A DNA stretch of 32,000 nt from positions 60,001 through 92,000 of the forward strand of contig NC_017039.1 in the NCBI RefSeq assembly GCF_000284455.1. The letters are read 5' to 3'. The DNA comes from Synechocystis sp. PCC 6803 substr. PCC-P. GTDB taxonomy: Bacteria > Cyanobacteriota > Cyanobacteriia > Cyanobacteriales > Microcystaceae. A model generated the notes under the pieces. That model did no database searches, was not told the origin of the DNA, and was given only the letters and a program-made list of their open reading frames with translations. How positions within the stretch are numbered: the stretch's first letter is position 1; the number at the start of each line of letters is the position of its first letter. Of this stretch, positions 1-9,283 are shown in pieces. The position numbers and the translations under genes were made by a program.

Positions 1-423
1 CCAGGGACGGATGATTACTGTCCATTATGCCTATCCCAGCTAGGGGCGATCGCCAAGGAGTTGAACTGGGGAGAAGAAACCCTAGAGGGTTTTCGTGAGC
101 ATTATGTGGGGCTTTGGGGAGGGAATTTACGGCCATTGTTTCTCACACCCCAGGCAACCTGGATTATCGAAAATGTGGCCGTATTACCGGAGGCCCGGGG
201 CCAAGGTTTTGGCAAAGCGTTACTAAGGGCTTTATTGGCCAAAGGGCGATCACAGGGCCATGAATTTGCTGGCATTATGGTAATCAATGGCAATGACAGA
301 GCCCGCCATACCTATGAATCTGTGGGGTTTAAACCTTACCAAACCTTTTACAAAGATTATTTCTGGGAACAATTTAAGATTGATTTTCCCGGTGTTACCA
401 AGTTTGGTATGCGTCTCAACTAA
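1..423 (+). CDS. GNAT-family N-acetyltransferase, 5' end outside window
   Basis: The track starts this ORF at a TTG (61), but the same frame is open back to base 1 (...DDYCPLCLSQLGAIAKELNWGEE...). The C-terminal half has the GNAT acetyl-CoA motif VAVLPEARGQGFGKALLRALL and a YESVGFKPYQTFYKDYFW tail. Confidence 0.85.
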   Translation, partial: PGTDDYCPLCLSQLGAIAKELNWGEETLEGFREHYVGLWGGNLRPLFLTPQATWIIENVAVLPEARGQGFGKALLRALLAKGRSQGHEFAGIMVINGNDRARHTYESVGFKPYQTFYKDYFWEQFKIDFPGVTKFGMRLN

Positions 424-523
424 AAAAGATAACTACCATGTTTGACAAGGGGTGAAACTGGCTGGCTTTAATCATTGGTAATCGGTGGTTGGACTATGAT
501 CAATTCACCCACACTTTTTCACT

Positions 524-1522
524 GTGTCCCCCATGGAATTAACCCCTGAAACCAAGGCCGCTGTGGTTACCCAAGGTTTGACCAAACGTTTCGATCGCCA
601 GGGGGCGGTGACCAATGTGGATTTAAGCATTGCGGAGGGTGCCGTGTACGGTCTGATGGGTCCCAATGGGGCGGGGAAGACTACCCTAATCCGTATGTTG
701 GCCACTGCGGAAGAACCCACCAAGGGGGAAATTTATTTATTTGGCGATCGCCTGGTAGCGGGGGCAGACAATTTACGCATCAAACAATATTTGGGCTATT
801 TGCCGGACGATTATCCCCTCTATGAAGACTTGAACGTTTGGGATTATCTCGATTACTTTGCCCGGTTATATCATTTGAAAAATCCTGGCCGTCGCCACCG
901 CATCCAGGAAGTGTTGGAGCTAGTGCAACTAACCAGTAAGCGCCACAGCCGCATTAACAGTCTTTCCCGGGGGATGAAACAACGGTTAAGTTTGGCCCGC
1001 ACCATTATCCATGAGCCCATTTTACTCCTGCTGGATGAGCCGGTTTCCGGGCTGGATCCCCTCGCTCGGCAACAATTTCGTGACATTATTCGGGTGTTGC
1101 AGGCCGCTGGCATGACCATTCTGATTTCCTCCCATGTGCTCAGTGACCTGGCTGAACTCTGCACGGCGATCGGGGTGATGGAACTAGGTTGTTTGGTGGA
1201 AAGTACCACTTTGGCAGATTTATATAACCGGCTGGGGCAGCGCACTATCTCCATCTTCCTATTGGAGGGAGTAGAGCAATTGCAGGATTGCCTGAAGAAT
1301 CAACCCGGTGTGGAGGATTGGCAGATAAACTATGACCAGGGAGATCAGCCAAATTCCGCCCCAGGTACCCACTGCTCTGTGATTTTTTCTGGTTCCCCGG
1401 AAGACAGCGCCAACCTGCTCAGAAATTTGATCTATGCTGGTTGTCGAGTCAGTCAATTCCATTGTCAACAGGAGGATTTAGAAAGTATTTTCCTCAAACT
1501 AGGACATCAACAGGTTTCTTGA
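524..1522 (+). CDS. ABC transporter ATP-binding protein (CcmA/NatA-like exporter ATPase)
   Basis: Walker A GPNGAGKTTL, signature LSRGMKQRLSLARTI, Walker B ILLLLDEPVSGLDP, H-loop ISSHV. Start is GTG 524 or ATG 533. Confidence 0.95.
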   Translation: MSPMELTPETKAAVVTQGLTKRFDRQGAVTNVDLSIAEGAVYGLMGPNGAGKTTLIRMLATAEEPTKGEIYLFGDRLVAGADNLRIKQYLGYLPDDYPLYEDLNVWDYLDYFARLYHLKNPGRRHRIQEVLELVQLTSKRHSRINSLSRGMKQRLSLARTIIHEPILLLLDEPVSGLDPLARQQFRDIIRVLQAAGMTILISSHVLSDLAELCTAIGVMELGCLVESTTLADLYNRLGQRTISIFLLEGVEQLQDCLKNQPGVEDWQINYDQGDQPNSAPGTHCSVIFSGSPEDSANLLRNLIYAGCRVSQFHCQQEDLESIFLKLGHQQVS

Positions 1523-1833
1523 CAGTATCAACGGCTGTTCTGCCCTGGTTAAGACTGATAATTTAACTATTTTCTTCTCAAATTACCGTTAATTTATTCA
1601 TCACTAAATCTCTCTCTGTCTAGTTGATTTATTTTCCATTTATCTGAGATTTATTTGACAACTGAAAGCTGTTTCCAATCAGAATTATTTGCTTAATTAA
1701 GAAGCTGATTGAAATTACTTACCCTCACTGCTATCGGTGCTTTACTGAGCAAATGGGGGATTAATTAGGATTTGACTAACAACTGATTGACTTAATTTTT
1801 TGCTTTTTCCTGCCCCACTTCGCCGTCACTGCC

Positions 1834-3591
1834 ATGATTAATTTTTTCTCTACCCATATCGATCGCCTGGGGGATTGGTATCCCCAACTGTACCGGGAAC
1901 TCAAAAGCCGTTTCACTGCTACTAAGGTCCGTTGGTTGCTGTTGGTTAGCGTAATTTTCCAGGGTGTGATGGTATTTTTTCGCACCGGAGAAATTCCCGT
2001 ACTGTATCCCCTCAACCCCGCTGGCGAGCAATTTAGTCGCTACTGTCTGGGCACCCCACCGGATTGGGAATATAGCCGAGGCATTTTTGTTTGCACCCAG
2101 GATTTATTGGGACAACTACAAATTAATTGGCGGCTTTGGTGGCTGGATGGCTTCGCTTTTTTGAGCTTGGCCGGGCTGGCTTTATTGCTGGTGGCGGGGG
2201 TTTATTTGCTGGTGGCCGATTTACAAAAGGAATGTCAACGGGGCACTTTAAATTTTATTCGCCTTAGTCCCCAGGGCGAGGGCAATTTCATCTGGGGCAA
2301 AATGCTGGGGGTGCCTAGTTTGCTGTATGGATTTTTGCTCACCCTTTTGCCTCTCCATATAGTCGCCGCTGGGGGGGCGGGCATTTCCTTGCTTCTATTG
2401 GCGGGTTACTACGCGGTGGTGCTGGCTGGAGCAACCTTCTTTTTCCACATTGCCCTCTGGATTGGTTTAAGCAGTAATGCAAAAAGTTATTCCCTTTCTA
2501 AAAGCGCGGCGATCGCCGGTTTGTGTGGGGTGGGGACGCTGATTGCAACGACCTTAATTATGCAAGACAACGACTGGGAGCCATTTTTCCTGTCTTGGTT
2601 GTCTCTGTTTTACCCCGGTAAAGCCCTAATTTATTTAGTCCGCTCCACCTTTTTGCCCATAACCACCGTTGGTTACCTCGGCCCCAATGAACTAGACCAA
2701 TTGCGCTGGTATGGTTGGGATTTATTTCGGTCGGCTCCCCTGGGTATGGGGTTTATGGTGGCTAATTTCGCCGTGGGGACCTATTGGATTGCCCAAGTAT
2801 TACGCCGTCGCTTCCGTCGTCCCCTCAGCACTGCCTGGAGCAAAGTTCAAAGCGTGGGGGTAACCCTGTCCCTAGTGGCGATCGCCAATGGCTTTTTACT
2901 GCAGAGCTACGTAAAAGGTGATTATCTGGATTCACTGTTGTTGAACCTGGCCAGTTGGCAATTGACCCTTTGTTGCTTCTTTTTGGGTTTGACCCTGGCC
3001 CTGTGCCCCCAAATTAACTATTTACGGGATTGGAGTCGCTATCGCCACGAAGCCCCCCGGCAGTACCGCACCTGGAGCTGGCAAAATCTAGTTGCTGACC
3101 ATAGTCCTCCCCAAGGGGCGATCGCCATTAATCTTTGCTGCACCGCCCTTTTAACCTTGCCCATGGTGTTATTGTTGCCCTGGCTAGCACCAGCACCGGC
3201 GGGGTTTCCCATTCCCCTCGGCGGCATAGTGGTGGCCTTGACCATGGGTTTGTTGTGGAATTTTACTTTTGCTACCTTGGTCCAGTGGAGTCTGCTGCGG
3301 ATGCGTTTTCCCCGTCTCCTGGTATTAATTTTGTCTGTGGTGGTGATGGTGGTTCTTCCCTTGGCGATCGCCATCGGCGCGGGAATTAAGGAAAGCACCG
3401 TGATGTGGTTTAGTCCGCTGCCGTCCATTGCCCTGGTGGAAGGAATTAGCTTTCAAACGCCCCTCTTTTTTCTAACGATTCTCACCCAAACAGTGGTAAT
3501 TGCGGCCAGCACCTGGCAGTTTAATCGCTACGTTCAACGTCTCGGGCGATCGGAAAGCCAGCAATATCTTGCCCCGGTTCAGCCAGAGTGA
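1834..3591 (+). CDS. Multi-pass membrane protein, probable ABC-2 type permease partner of the preceding ATPase
   Basis: Long hydrophobic ORF (585 aa) with roughly 10 or more TM-like segments, co-directional with and downstream of the ATPase gene. Confidence 0.8.
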   Translation: MINFFSTHIDRLGDWYPQLYRELKSRFTATKVRWLLLVSVIFQGVMVFFRTGEIPVLYPLNPAGEQFSRYCLGTPPDWEYSRGIFVCTQDLLGQLQINWRLWWLDGFAFLSLAGLALLLVAGVYLLVADLQKECQRGTLNFIRLSPQGEGNFIWGKMLGVPSLLYGFLLTLLPLHIVAAGGAGISLLLLAGYYAVVLAGATFFFHIALWIGLSSNAKSYSLSKSAAIAGLCGVGTLIATTLIMQDNDWEPFFLSWLSLFYPGKALIYLVRSTFLPITTVGYLGPNELDQLRWYGWDLFRSAPLGMGFMVANFAVGTYWIAQVLRRRFRRPLSTAWSKVQSVGVTLSLVAIANGFLLQSYVKGDYLDSLLLNLASWQLTLCCFFLGLTLALCPQINYLRDWSRYRHEAPRQYRTWSWQNLVADHSPPQGAIAINLCCTALLTLPMVLLLPWLAPAPAGFPIPLGGIVVALTMGLLWNFTFATLVQWSLLRMRFPRLLVLILSVVVMVVLPLAIAIGAGIKESTVMWFSPLPSIALVEGISFQTPLFFLTILTQTVVIAASTWQFNRYVQRLGRSESQQYLAPVQPE

Positions 3592-3632
3592 GAAATGGCA
3601 AATTCCCTATCCCCGCATTTTCCGCCATCACC

Positions 3633-4361
3633 ATGACCACACCCCTTGAAAAAAAGTCAACCATTGAAGACATCCGTTCCCGTTTTGATAAAGATGTGGC
3701 CCGTTTTTCTTCCCTCGAAACTGGCCAGGCGACAACCATTGATGCTCCCCTAGCGATGTCCCTAATTACCGAGGCGGCTATCTCCTGCACTAAGAATATT
3801 CGCCACGTACTAGATATTGGCTGTGGTGCTGGTAACAACACCCTTCGATTGCGTCAATCTGCCAACTATGATTTCAATGTTGACCTACTTGATCTAAGCG
3901 CACCCATGCTGATGAAAGCGGCGGAACGGGTCCAGCAATTAAATAGGGGTTTAGTCCGTACCATACAGGGGGATTTTCGCTCAGTAAGCCTGCCAAACTC
4001 CACCTACGATGTGCTCATTGCAGCGGCCGTGTTGCACCATTTACGGGATGACGAAGACTGGCGACAAGCTTTTCAGAAAATTTACAATTTACTTGCCCCC
4101 GGTGGTAGCGTTTGGATCACCGATTTAGTTTCCCATGAGCAACCCGCCGTCCAAGCAATGATGTGGGACCGGTACGGCGACTATTTGGTCTCCCTTGGTG
4201 GTGCGGAATATCGGGACAAGGTGTTCGGCTACATTGACCGTGAAGATTCTCCCCGACCCGTTACTTACCAGCTTGATTTGCTCCGTTCCGTTGGCTTTGA
4301 TGCGGTTGATCTTCTGCATAAAAACTCTTGCTTTGCTGCATTTGGTGCGGTGAAGCATTGA
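3633..4361 (+). CDS. Class I SAM-dependent methyltransferase
   Basis: HVLDIGCGAGNNTLRL motif I, DFNVDLLDLSAPML, LLAPGGSVWITD. The ORF opens at GTG 3588, overlapping the permease stop. ATG 3633 (MTTPLEKK) is the more natural start. Confidence 0.85.
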   Translation: MTTPLEKKSTIEDIRSRFDKDVARFSSLETGQATTIDAPLAMSLITEAAISCTKNIRHVLDIGCGAGNNTLRLRQSANYDFNVDLLDLSAPMLMKAAERVQQLNRGLVRTIQGDFRSVSLPNSTYDVLIAAAVLHHLRDDEDWRQAFQKIYNLLAPGGSVWITDLVSHEQPAVQAMMWDRYGDYLVSLGGAEYRDKVFGYIDREDSPRPVTYQLDLLRSVGFDAVDLLHKNSCFAAFGAVKH

Positions 4362-4392
4362 TAAATTTATTTCATCAAAAGAATCAATTAAT

Positions 4393-4914
4393 ATGCAAAC
4401 AAAAAATTATTTCGAGCTAATGGCCCAATACAACCAATGGGTCAATGGGAAAATTTATGGGGTCTGTGCCGAAATTCCCGATGGTATGCGAAAAAAAGAT
4501 TTAGGTGCTTTTTTTAAATCAATCCATGGAACCTTAAATCATATTTTGTATGGAGACAAAGCATGGCTGGGCAGATTTACAGAACAATCTTTGACATCAA
4601 AAAGTATTGGCCAGGAACTTTACCAAGACTTTGAAGCGCTATGGGCCGAGAGAAGGGCAATGGACCAAGAAATTTTACACTGGTCCCAGAACTTATCATC
4701 CCCATGGTTAGAAGCTCCTTTTGAATACACCAGCAACATAGACAACAAAACTCGCATCATGCCCACCTGGGTGCTGGTCACCCATATGTTTAATCATCAA
4801 ACCCACCACCGTGGCCAAGTAACAACCCTGATCAAGCAACTTGGCTATGAACCTGGCATAGTGGACTTACCTTGGTTACCTGACCTTGAGCTAAACACTG
4901 GTAATGGGCTCTAA
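4393..4914 (+). CDS. DinB-like / DUF664-type four-helix metal-binding protein
   Basis: SIHGTLNHILYGDKAWLGRF and THMFNHQTHHRGQVTTLIKQLG give the three-histidine DinB signature. Confidence 0.88.
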   Translation: MQTKNYFELMAQYNQWVNGKIYGVCAEIPDGMRKKDLGAFFKSIHGTLNHILYGDKAWLGRFTEQSLTSKSIGQELYQDFEALWAERRAMDQEILHWSQNLSSPWLEAPFEYTSNIDNKTRIMPTWVLVTHMFNHQTHHRGQVTTLIKQLGYEPGIVDLPWLPDLELNTGNGL

Positions 4915-4986
4915 TCGATAGCGACAAGTACTAGGCTGAAAGGTACTTTTTCTGGCATTAAATTAATTGGGGGCACAGCTCACGAA

Positions 4987-5748
4987 ATGAATCAGGAAAA
5001 ATTATTGGCCCTGATGATGGATTTGCACCAGGATGGAGCACGCCAAGGGCCAGGAAGCGAAACCGAAACTCTACGAGCCCTCGAACTAACTCGAATTGAT
5101 CCGTTGGCAAAACTTCAGGTCGCTGACATCGGTTGTGGTACTGGAGCATCGACTTTGGTTTTAGCAAGTAAACTGCAAAATGCACAAATTACTGCCATTG
5201 ATATTTTTCCAGAATTTCTTGATGTTTTGTCCACAAGAGCAAAGGTAATGGGTTACTCCGAAAAAATCGAGACACTTACAGAATCAATGGACAAACTTTC
5301 GTTTGCAGATGAATCGTTGGACCTCATCTGGTCTGAGGGAGCGATCTATAATTTAGGCTTTGCTCAGGGGATTGAGTGCTGGAAGCCCATGCTAAAAACG
5401 GGTGGTGTGCTTGCGGTTTCAGAAATCACCTGGCTGAATCCCCTTCCCCCGGAGGAAATTAGACAACACTGGAACACGGAATACCCCGAAATCGCCACTG
5501 CTTCTGAGAAAATTGCAATTCTTGAGCACGGAGGCTACGACCTAATTGGATATTTCATTCTTCCATCAACAAACTGGCTAGACAGTTACTATACGCCAGT
5601 TGAAGAGCGAATACATGACTTCCTTAAGCGCCATAGGGGAGACCTAGAAGCAGAGGAACTAATAAAAATGGAACGCCGAGAAATGGATCTATACAGCCGA
5701 TTTAAAAATTGGTTCAGTTATGGGTTTTATGTGGCCCGCAAACGATGA
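4987..5748 (+). CDS. Class I SAM-dependent methyltransferase
   Basis: QVADIGCGTGASTLVLASKL motif I, ITAIDIFPEFLD motif II, MLKTGGVLAVSEITWL. Confidence 0.88.
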   Translation: MNQEKLLALMMDLHQDGARQGPGSETETLRALELTRIDPLAKLQVADIGCGTGASTLVLASKLQNAQITAIDIFPEFLDVLSTRAKVMGYSEKIETLTESMDKLSFADESLDLIWSEGAIYNLGFAQGIECWKPMLKTGGVLAVSEITWLNPLPPEEIRQHWNTEYPEIATASEKIAILEHGGYDLIGYFILPSTNWLDSYYTPVEERIHDFLKRHRGDLEAEELIKMERREMDLYSRFKNWFSYGFYVARKR

Positions 5749-5826
5749 GTTATGGCGACAGATATGTATGTCATTGATTAGCAAAATTGATTACAATGCT
5801 AAAAAAATAAACAGGACGTGCTGGAT

Positions 5827-7533
5827 TTATTTTAGTTGAAATTGGTCAAATAAAACTATATTGTTATTATCTGCACTGCTGTCAAAATAGTAGCTTTTGA
5901 TCACTGCATTATCTTCATCGGTTTCCAGTACACTAAAAACAGTAATTTTATTGCTGGCAATGTAGGGTAATGGTTTGCCATCGGAATTGAGCAAAGGCGC
6001 AATGGTGGGAGTAATGGGCGATAAGCCATTGGGATTGCCCACGGGGAAGTCGTTGTTAGGATCAATAAAATCCGGTAGGGAGCGGGGATTATCAGCTAAA
6101 TGGGCGCCATAACTGTTACCGACATTGGATGTTTCTAAAAAGTGCATTCCTCCAGGACTAACAAAACGATTCCAAAGATGGGAATGGCCATAAAAAACTA
6201 GCTGAACTCCGGCATTTTCTAGTAGGGGAATTAGGTGCTTAATAATCTGATCTTCCCCCTTGGGGTAATGGTAACGGCGATGCACCATAACACCATCAGG
6301 GGTGTATTCTTCGTAGGCCTGGGGATCGGTATAGGGCGGAGTAACATTACCTCCTAAACTATGGGGAGGATGGTGGAACATCACAATTTTGTACCGAGCT
6401 TGGCGGAATTCTTCCCCAGCCAATTCCTGCTTCAGCCATTCATACTGCCTGCTACCGGGGGTAATGGGTTCAAAAATATGCTGACCATGGCCCCAATTTT
6501 CCGGTTTATGTAACTGCTGACTGCTTTCTTGGTAACGCCCTGCAGTGCTTGAATCCTGTTGCGGCGTGCGCGAAGCGTGCCCTGGGCAACGCCAAACATT
6601 GGTGACCATTAAGGAAATGAGACGAATATTGCCAAAAGTAACGGCGTAGTACTGTTTTTGTGGAGCTGGGCTGGGGGGTAAGGAAAAAATTTCTTGATAG
6701 GTTTGGAAGTTAAAGGAATTGTTTTCAATCCATTGGGCGGCTTGGTCTGGGTCGTATTCCTGCTCAGCAAAATCCTGCCGCTCAAAGTATTCTTCTTCGG
6801 CGATCGCCTGGGGTCGAGCGTCTTTAAACTGCAAATGCAACGCCTTGCTGGGGGAATTGCGCCCCATTACTTCATGGTTGCCAATGCAGGGAAAGAGGGG
6901 AGTGGATTGTAACACTTGCGCTCCCTGATAGATTTTCCCCCCCAACGTTACTGAAGCCCGCCCCTGCAGCACTGGAAAAAAGGATCTACCCCGGCGATCG
7001 TCAAACCATTCCGAAGCCCGATCTGGTACGTTGACCATATCCCCTGCGTGGAACACCCCGTCAAAGTCACCATAAACGGCGATCGCCTGTTGGATATTGG
7101 CCGCCACCATGGGCATTAACTGATGGTCGGAGGTGAGCAAAATTTTTAAGGGCTGGTCTGGAGGGGGACTAGGTTGCAGGGAAAAAATATCGCTCTGGTG
7201 TATGCGTTGGCTCTCCTGGCTAAAAACTTGATAGGGCAAAGTCTCCCCAGCTCTTAAGCCAGTTATCACCGCTTGATGTCGCCAAATGGGTCGGAGAGAA
7301 AGCTTGTCATAGGTTTGGAAGGTGTAGGACCATTCATCTTCCCTGGTGCGGGTCAACTGTTGAGTGTCGGCCCCGGTGCGATGCTCCAGGTCTTTGCCCC
7401 ACTGCACCCAGTGCTTGTCCCCGGCAAATTCGGTAAACCAAACGACTTCAACGCTGTCAGGGGTGGGAAGTTGTAAAAAAGGATCACTCAACATAACCAG
7501 GAAATGCATTAATAACAAACTAGTGACAATCAT
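5827..7533 (-). CDS. Calcineurin-like / purple acid phosphatase-type metallophosphoesterase
   Basis: GDMVNVPD, PCIGNHEVMG, MFHHPPHS and FYGHSHLWNR metal-binding motifs; N-terminal fibronectin-like segment (ITGLRAGETLPYQVFS). Confidence 0.88.
   Translation of the reverse strand: MIVTSLLLMHFLVMLSDPFLQLPTPDSVEVVWFTEFAGDKHWVQWGKDLEHRTGADTQQLTRTREDEWSYTFQTYDKLSLRPIWRHQAVITGLRAGETLPYQVFSQESQRIHQSDIFSLQPSPPPDQPLKILLTSDHQLMPMVAANIQQAIAVYGDFDGVFHAGDMVNVPDRASEWFDDRRGRSFFPVLQGRASVTLGGKIYQGAQVLQSTPLFPCIGNHEVMGRNSPSKALHLQFKDARPQAIAEEEYFERQDFAEQEYDPDQAAQWIENNSFNFQTYQEIFSLPPSPAPQKQYYAVTFGNIRLISLMVTNVWRCPGHASRTPQQDSSTAGRYQESSQQLHKPENWGHGQHIFEPITPGSRQYEWLKQELAGEEFRQARYKIVMFHHPPHSLGGNVTPPYTDPQAYEEYTPDGVMVHRRYHYPKGEDQIIKHLIPLLENAGVQLVFYGHSHLWNRFVSPGGMHFLETSNVGNSYGAHLADNPRSLPDFIDPNNDFPVGNPNGLSPITPTIAPLLNSDGKPLPYIASNKITVFSVLETDEDNAVIKSYYFDSSADNNNIVLFDQFQLK
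6564..6580. repeat. Short interspersed repeat-like element GCGTGCGCGAAGCGTGC
   Basis: Two GCGTGC copies (6564-6569, 6575-6580) separated by GCGAA, inside the metallophosphoesterase CDS. Confidence 0.5.
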
Positions 7534-7593
7534 CCCCTGCCCTCGGTTTTATTGCTCCGACAATGGCAAAATTAAACCACCCAGACATCCACT

Positions 7594-8361
7594 TTGGCTT
7601 TTGCTGTGACCATTTCCCGCACCATTATCAGCACGAGAATTGACTGCACAGACTATGGACAAGCCACAGCCACCATCATTAATTTAGCTAAAGCGGCGAT
7701 CGCCAGTTATGTGGTAGCGGCCAATGTCCATGTGGTAATGAGTGCCTATGGCAATAAAAGTTATCAAGAAATTATTAATCAAGCTGTGTTGGTCACCCCC
7801 GATGGTATGCCATTGGTGTGGGGATTAAAATTGCTCGGTTACCCGCAGGCCACCAGAGTTTATGGCCCGGATTTGATGCTAACAATTTGTCAGCGGGCCG
7901 CGGCGGAAAACCTTGGTATTTATCTTTATGGTGGCACAGAAGATTGTTTGCAGCAACTTAAAGTTAACCTAATTAAACGGTTTCCTAAACTGAAGATTGT
8001 TGGCGCTGATTCTCCCCCTTTTCGCCCACTAGAACCTGAGGAAGAAAAAAACGCCTTGGCCAAAATTAAGCAGTCCGGCGCTGGTATCCTTTTTGTTGGT
8101 TTAGGTTGTCCTAAGCAGGAAATTTGGATGGCTAATCATTACCAAAAAATAGATCTAGTCATGGTGGGGGTGGGAGCCGCTTTTAATTTCCACAGTGGTT
8201 TGGTGTCTCAAGCTCCCCGTTGGTTAATGGCCATGGGATTGGAATGGCTCTACCGTTTGCGCATGGAACCGAAGCGATTATGGCGCAGATATTTAATTAA
8301 CAACCCCGCTTTTATTGTTCTATTTACTTGGCAATGGTTAACAAATAAAACAACTTTATAA
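7594..8361 (+). CDS. WecB/TagA/CpsF family glycosyltransferase
   Basis: VTPDGMPLVWGLKLLG, RVYGPDLM, YLYGGTEDCLQQL, FVGLGCPKQEIWMA, VGVGAAFNFHSG family motifs. Start codon is non-ATG (TTG 7594 or GTG 7606). Confidence 0.92.
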   Translation: MAFAVTISRTIISTRIDCTDYGQATATIINLAKAAIASYVVAANVHVVMSAYGNKSYQEIINQAVLVTPDGMPLVWGLKLLGYPQATRVYGPDLMLTICQRAAAENLGIYLYGGTEDCLQQLKVNLIKRFPKLKIVGADSPPFRPLEPEEEKNALAKIKQSGAGILFVGLGCPKQEIWMANHYQKIDLVMVGVGAAFNFHSGLVSQAPRWLMAMGLEWLYRLRMEPKRLWRRYLINNPAFIVLFTWQWLTNKTTL

Positions 8362-8399
8362 ACTATTTTATCCCTAATGTTTTAGCAGTAAAAAGTAAG

Positions 8400-9065
8400 T
8401 TAATTTGCCACAGGGTCGGTGGGACTCATGCCATAAAAAGGTTGGGCCGCTGACCAGTGGGGTCGATCGCCAAGGAGCCAATGTTGCCAAGCGAGGGTGA
8501 GGAGTTGGGGGGCAGTGATACCGAGCTGATCTGGGGTAGCGTGAATCTGTTTTACCCCTTTATCCGCCATAAGTTGTTGCCAATCCTCCGGTAACCAAAG
8601 GCGATCGCCGTCTAGGGTAATTAGTTTTTCCCCGACTATTTGATAGAGCGCCCCATAAAAATAACCCCTGGTTGCGGGCATAGTGACAGCCAATAATTCG
8701 CCATCGCCACAGGTTTTAACCAAAGATTGGGCAAAACAAGCCAGGGTAGAAATGGTAAATAGGGGAATTTGTAATTGCTGGGCCAAGGTACGGGCGGTGA
8801 CCATGCCAATGCGGACACTGGTAAAGCTACCAGGGCCCTGGGCTACGGCCAGATAATCTAACTCAGACCACTGTTGGCTAGGCAAAAAATCCCCTAAACA
8901 ATTGTGTAATTGATTGAGTAATTCCCGATCCAAGGGCCAAGTTTGCTGGGCCACTGGATTTTCTCCCCGTTGTAGAGCTAAACCTAGCTGGCCGGTGGCG
9001 GTGTGGATGGCCAAGCCCAAACTATGATCGGCCAGGGAAAGGGGAGGAGGTACGGTCATTACCAA
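8400..9065 (-). CDS. tsaB: tRNA threonylcarbamoyladenosine biosynthesis protein TsaB
   Basis: AVAQGPGSFTSVRIGMVTARTLAQQL and N-terminal LAIHTATGQLGLAL are characteristic of TsaB/YeaZ. Confidence 0.9.
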   Translation of the reverse strand: MVMTVPPPLSLADHSLGLAIHTATGQLGLALQRGENPVAQQTWPLDRELLNQLHNCLGDFLPSQQWSELDYLAVAQGPGSFTSVRIGMVTARTLAQQLQIPLFTISTLACFAQSLVKTCGDGELLAVTMPATRGYFYGALYQIVGEKLITLDGDRLWLPEDWQQLMADKGVKQIHATPDQLGITAPQLLTLAWQHWLLGDRPHWSAAQPFYGMSPTDPVAN

Positions 9066-9283
9066 TAGGTTTAAGTATCGTTGCTTACTGCAACCTTTAG
9101 TTTATCGGGGATAGGATGGGGCAAATGCGCCGCAATTATCTAATTTTTTGCCCCAATTTGGCGATCGCCGGGGGGCAAATGTGTATAAATGCTTACGTCA
9201 ACCTGTAGAATCTCAGTTAAGATCTCGTTACAATCCATCCCATTGGTTTTGATTTTACCCGCCCGACCCTAGGACATCATCCC

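Noticed and set aside
871-1254. 127-aa minus-strand ORF across the ABC ATPase
   Set aside because: Complement of conserved ABC motifs; not a plausible protein.
1776-2031. Minus-strand ORFs 1776..2015 and 1792..2031 at the permease start
   Set aside because: No recognisable features and they overlap the permease N-terminus; probably chance frames.
3039-3841. ORFs 3039..3428, 3135..3389 and 3521..3841 overlapping the permease and methyltransferase
   Set aside because: Repetitive R/T/G-rich translations with no family signature, contradicted by the strong coding frames.
9075-9088. GTA-N8-TAC, a possible NtcA box upstream of tsaB
   Set aside because: It fits the minimal consensus, but such a 6-base specification is expected about 8 times by chance in 32 kb. 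It sits only about 10 bp from the tsaB start, a poor position for an activator.
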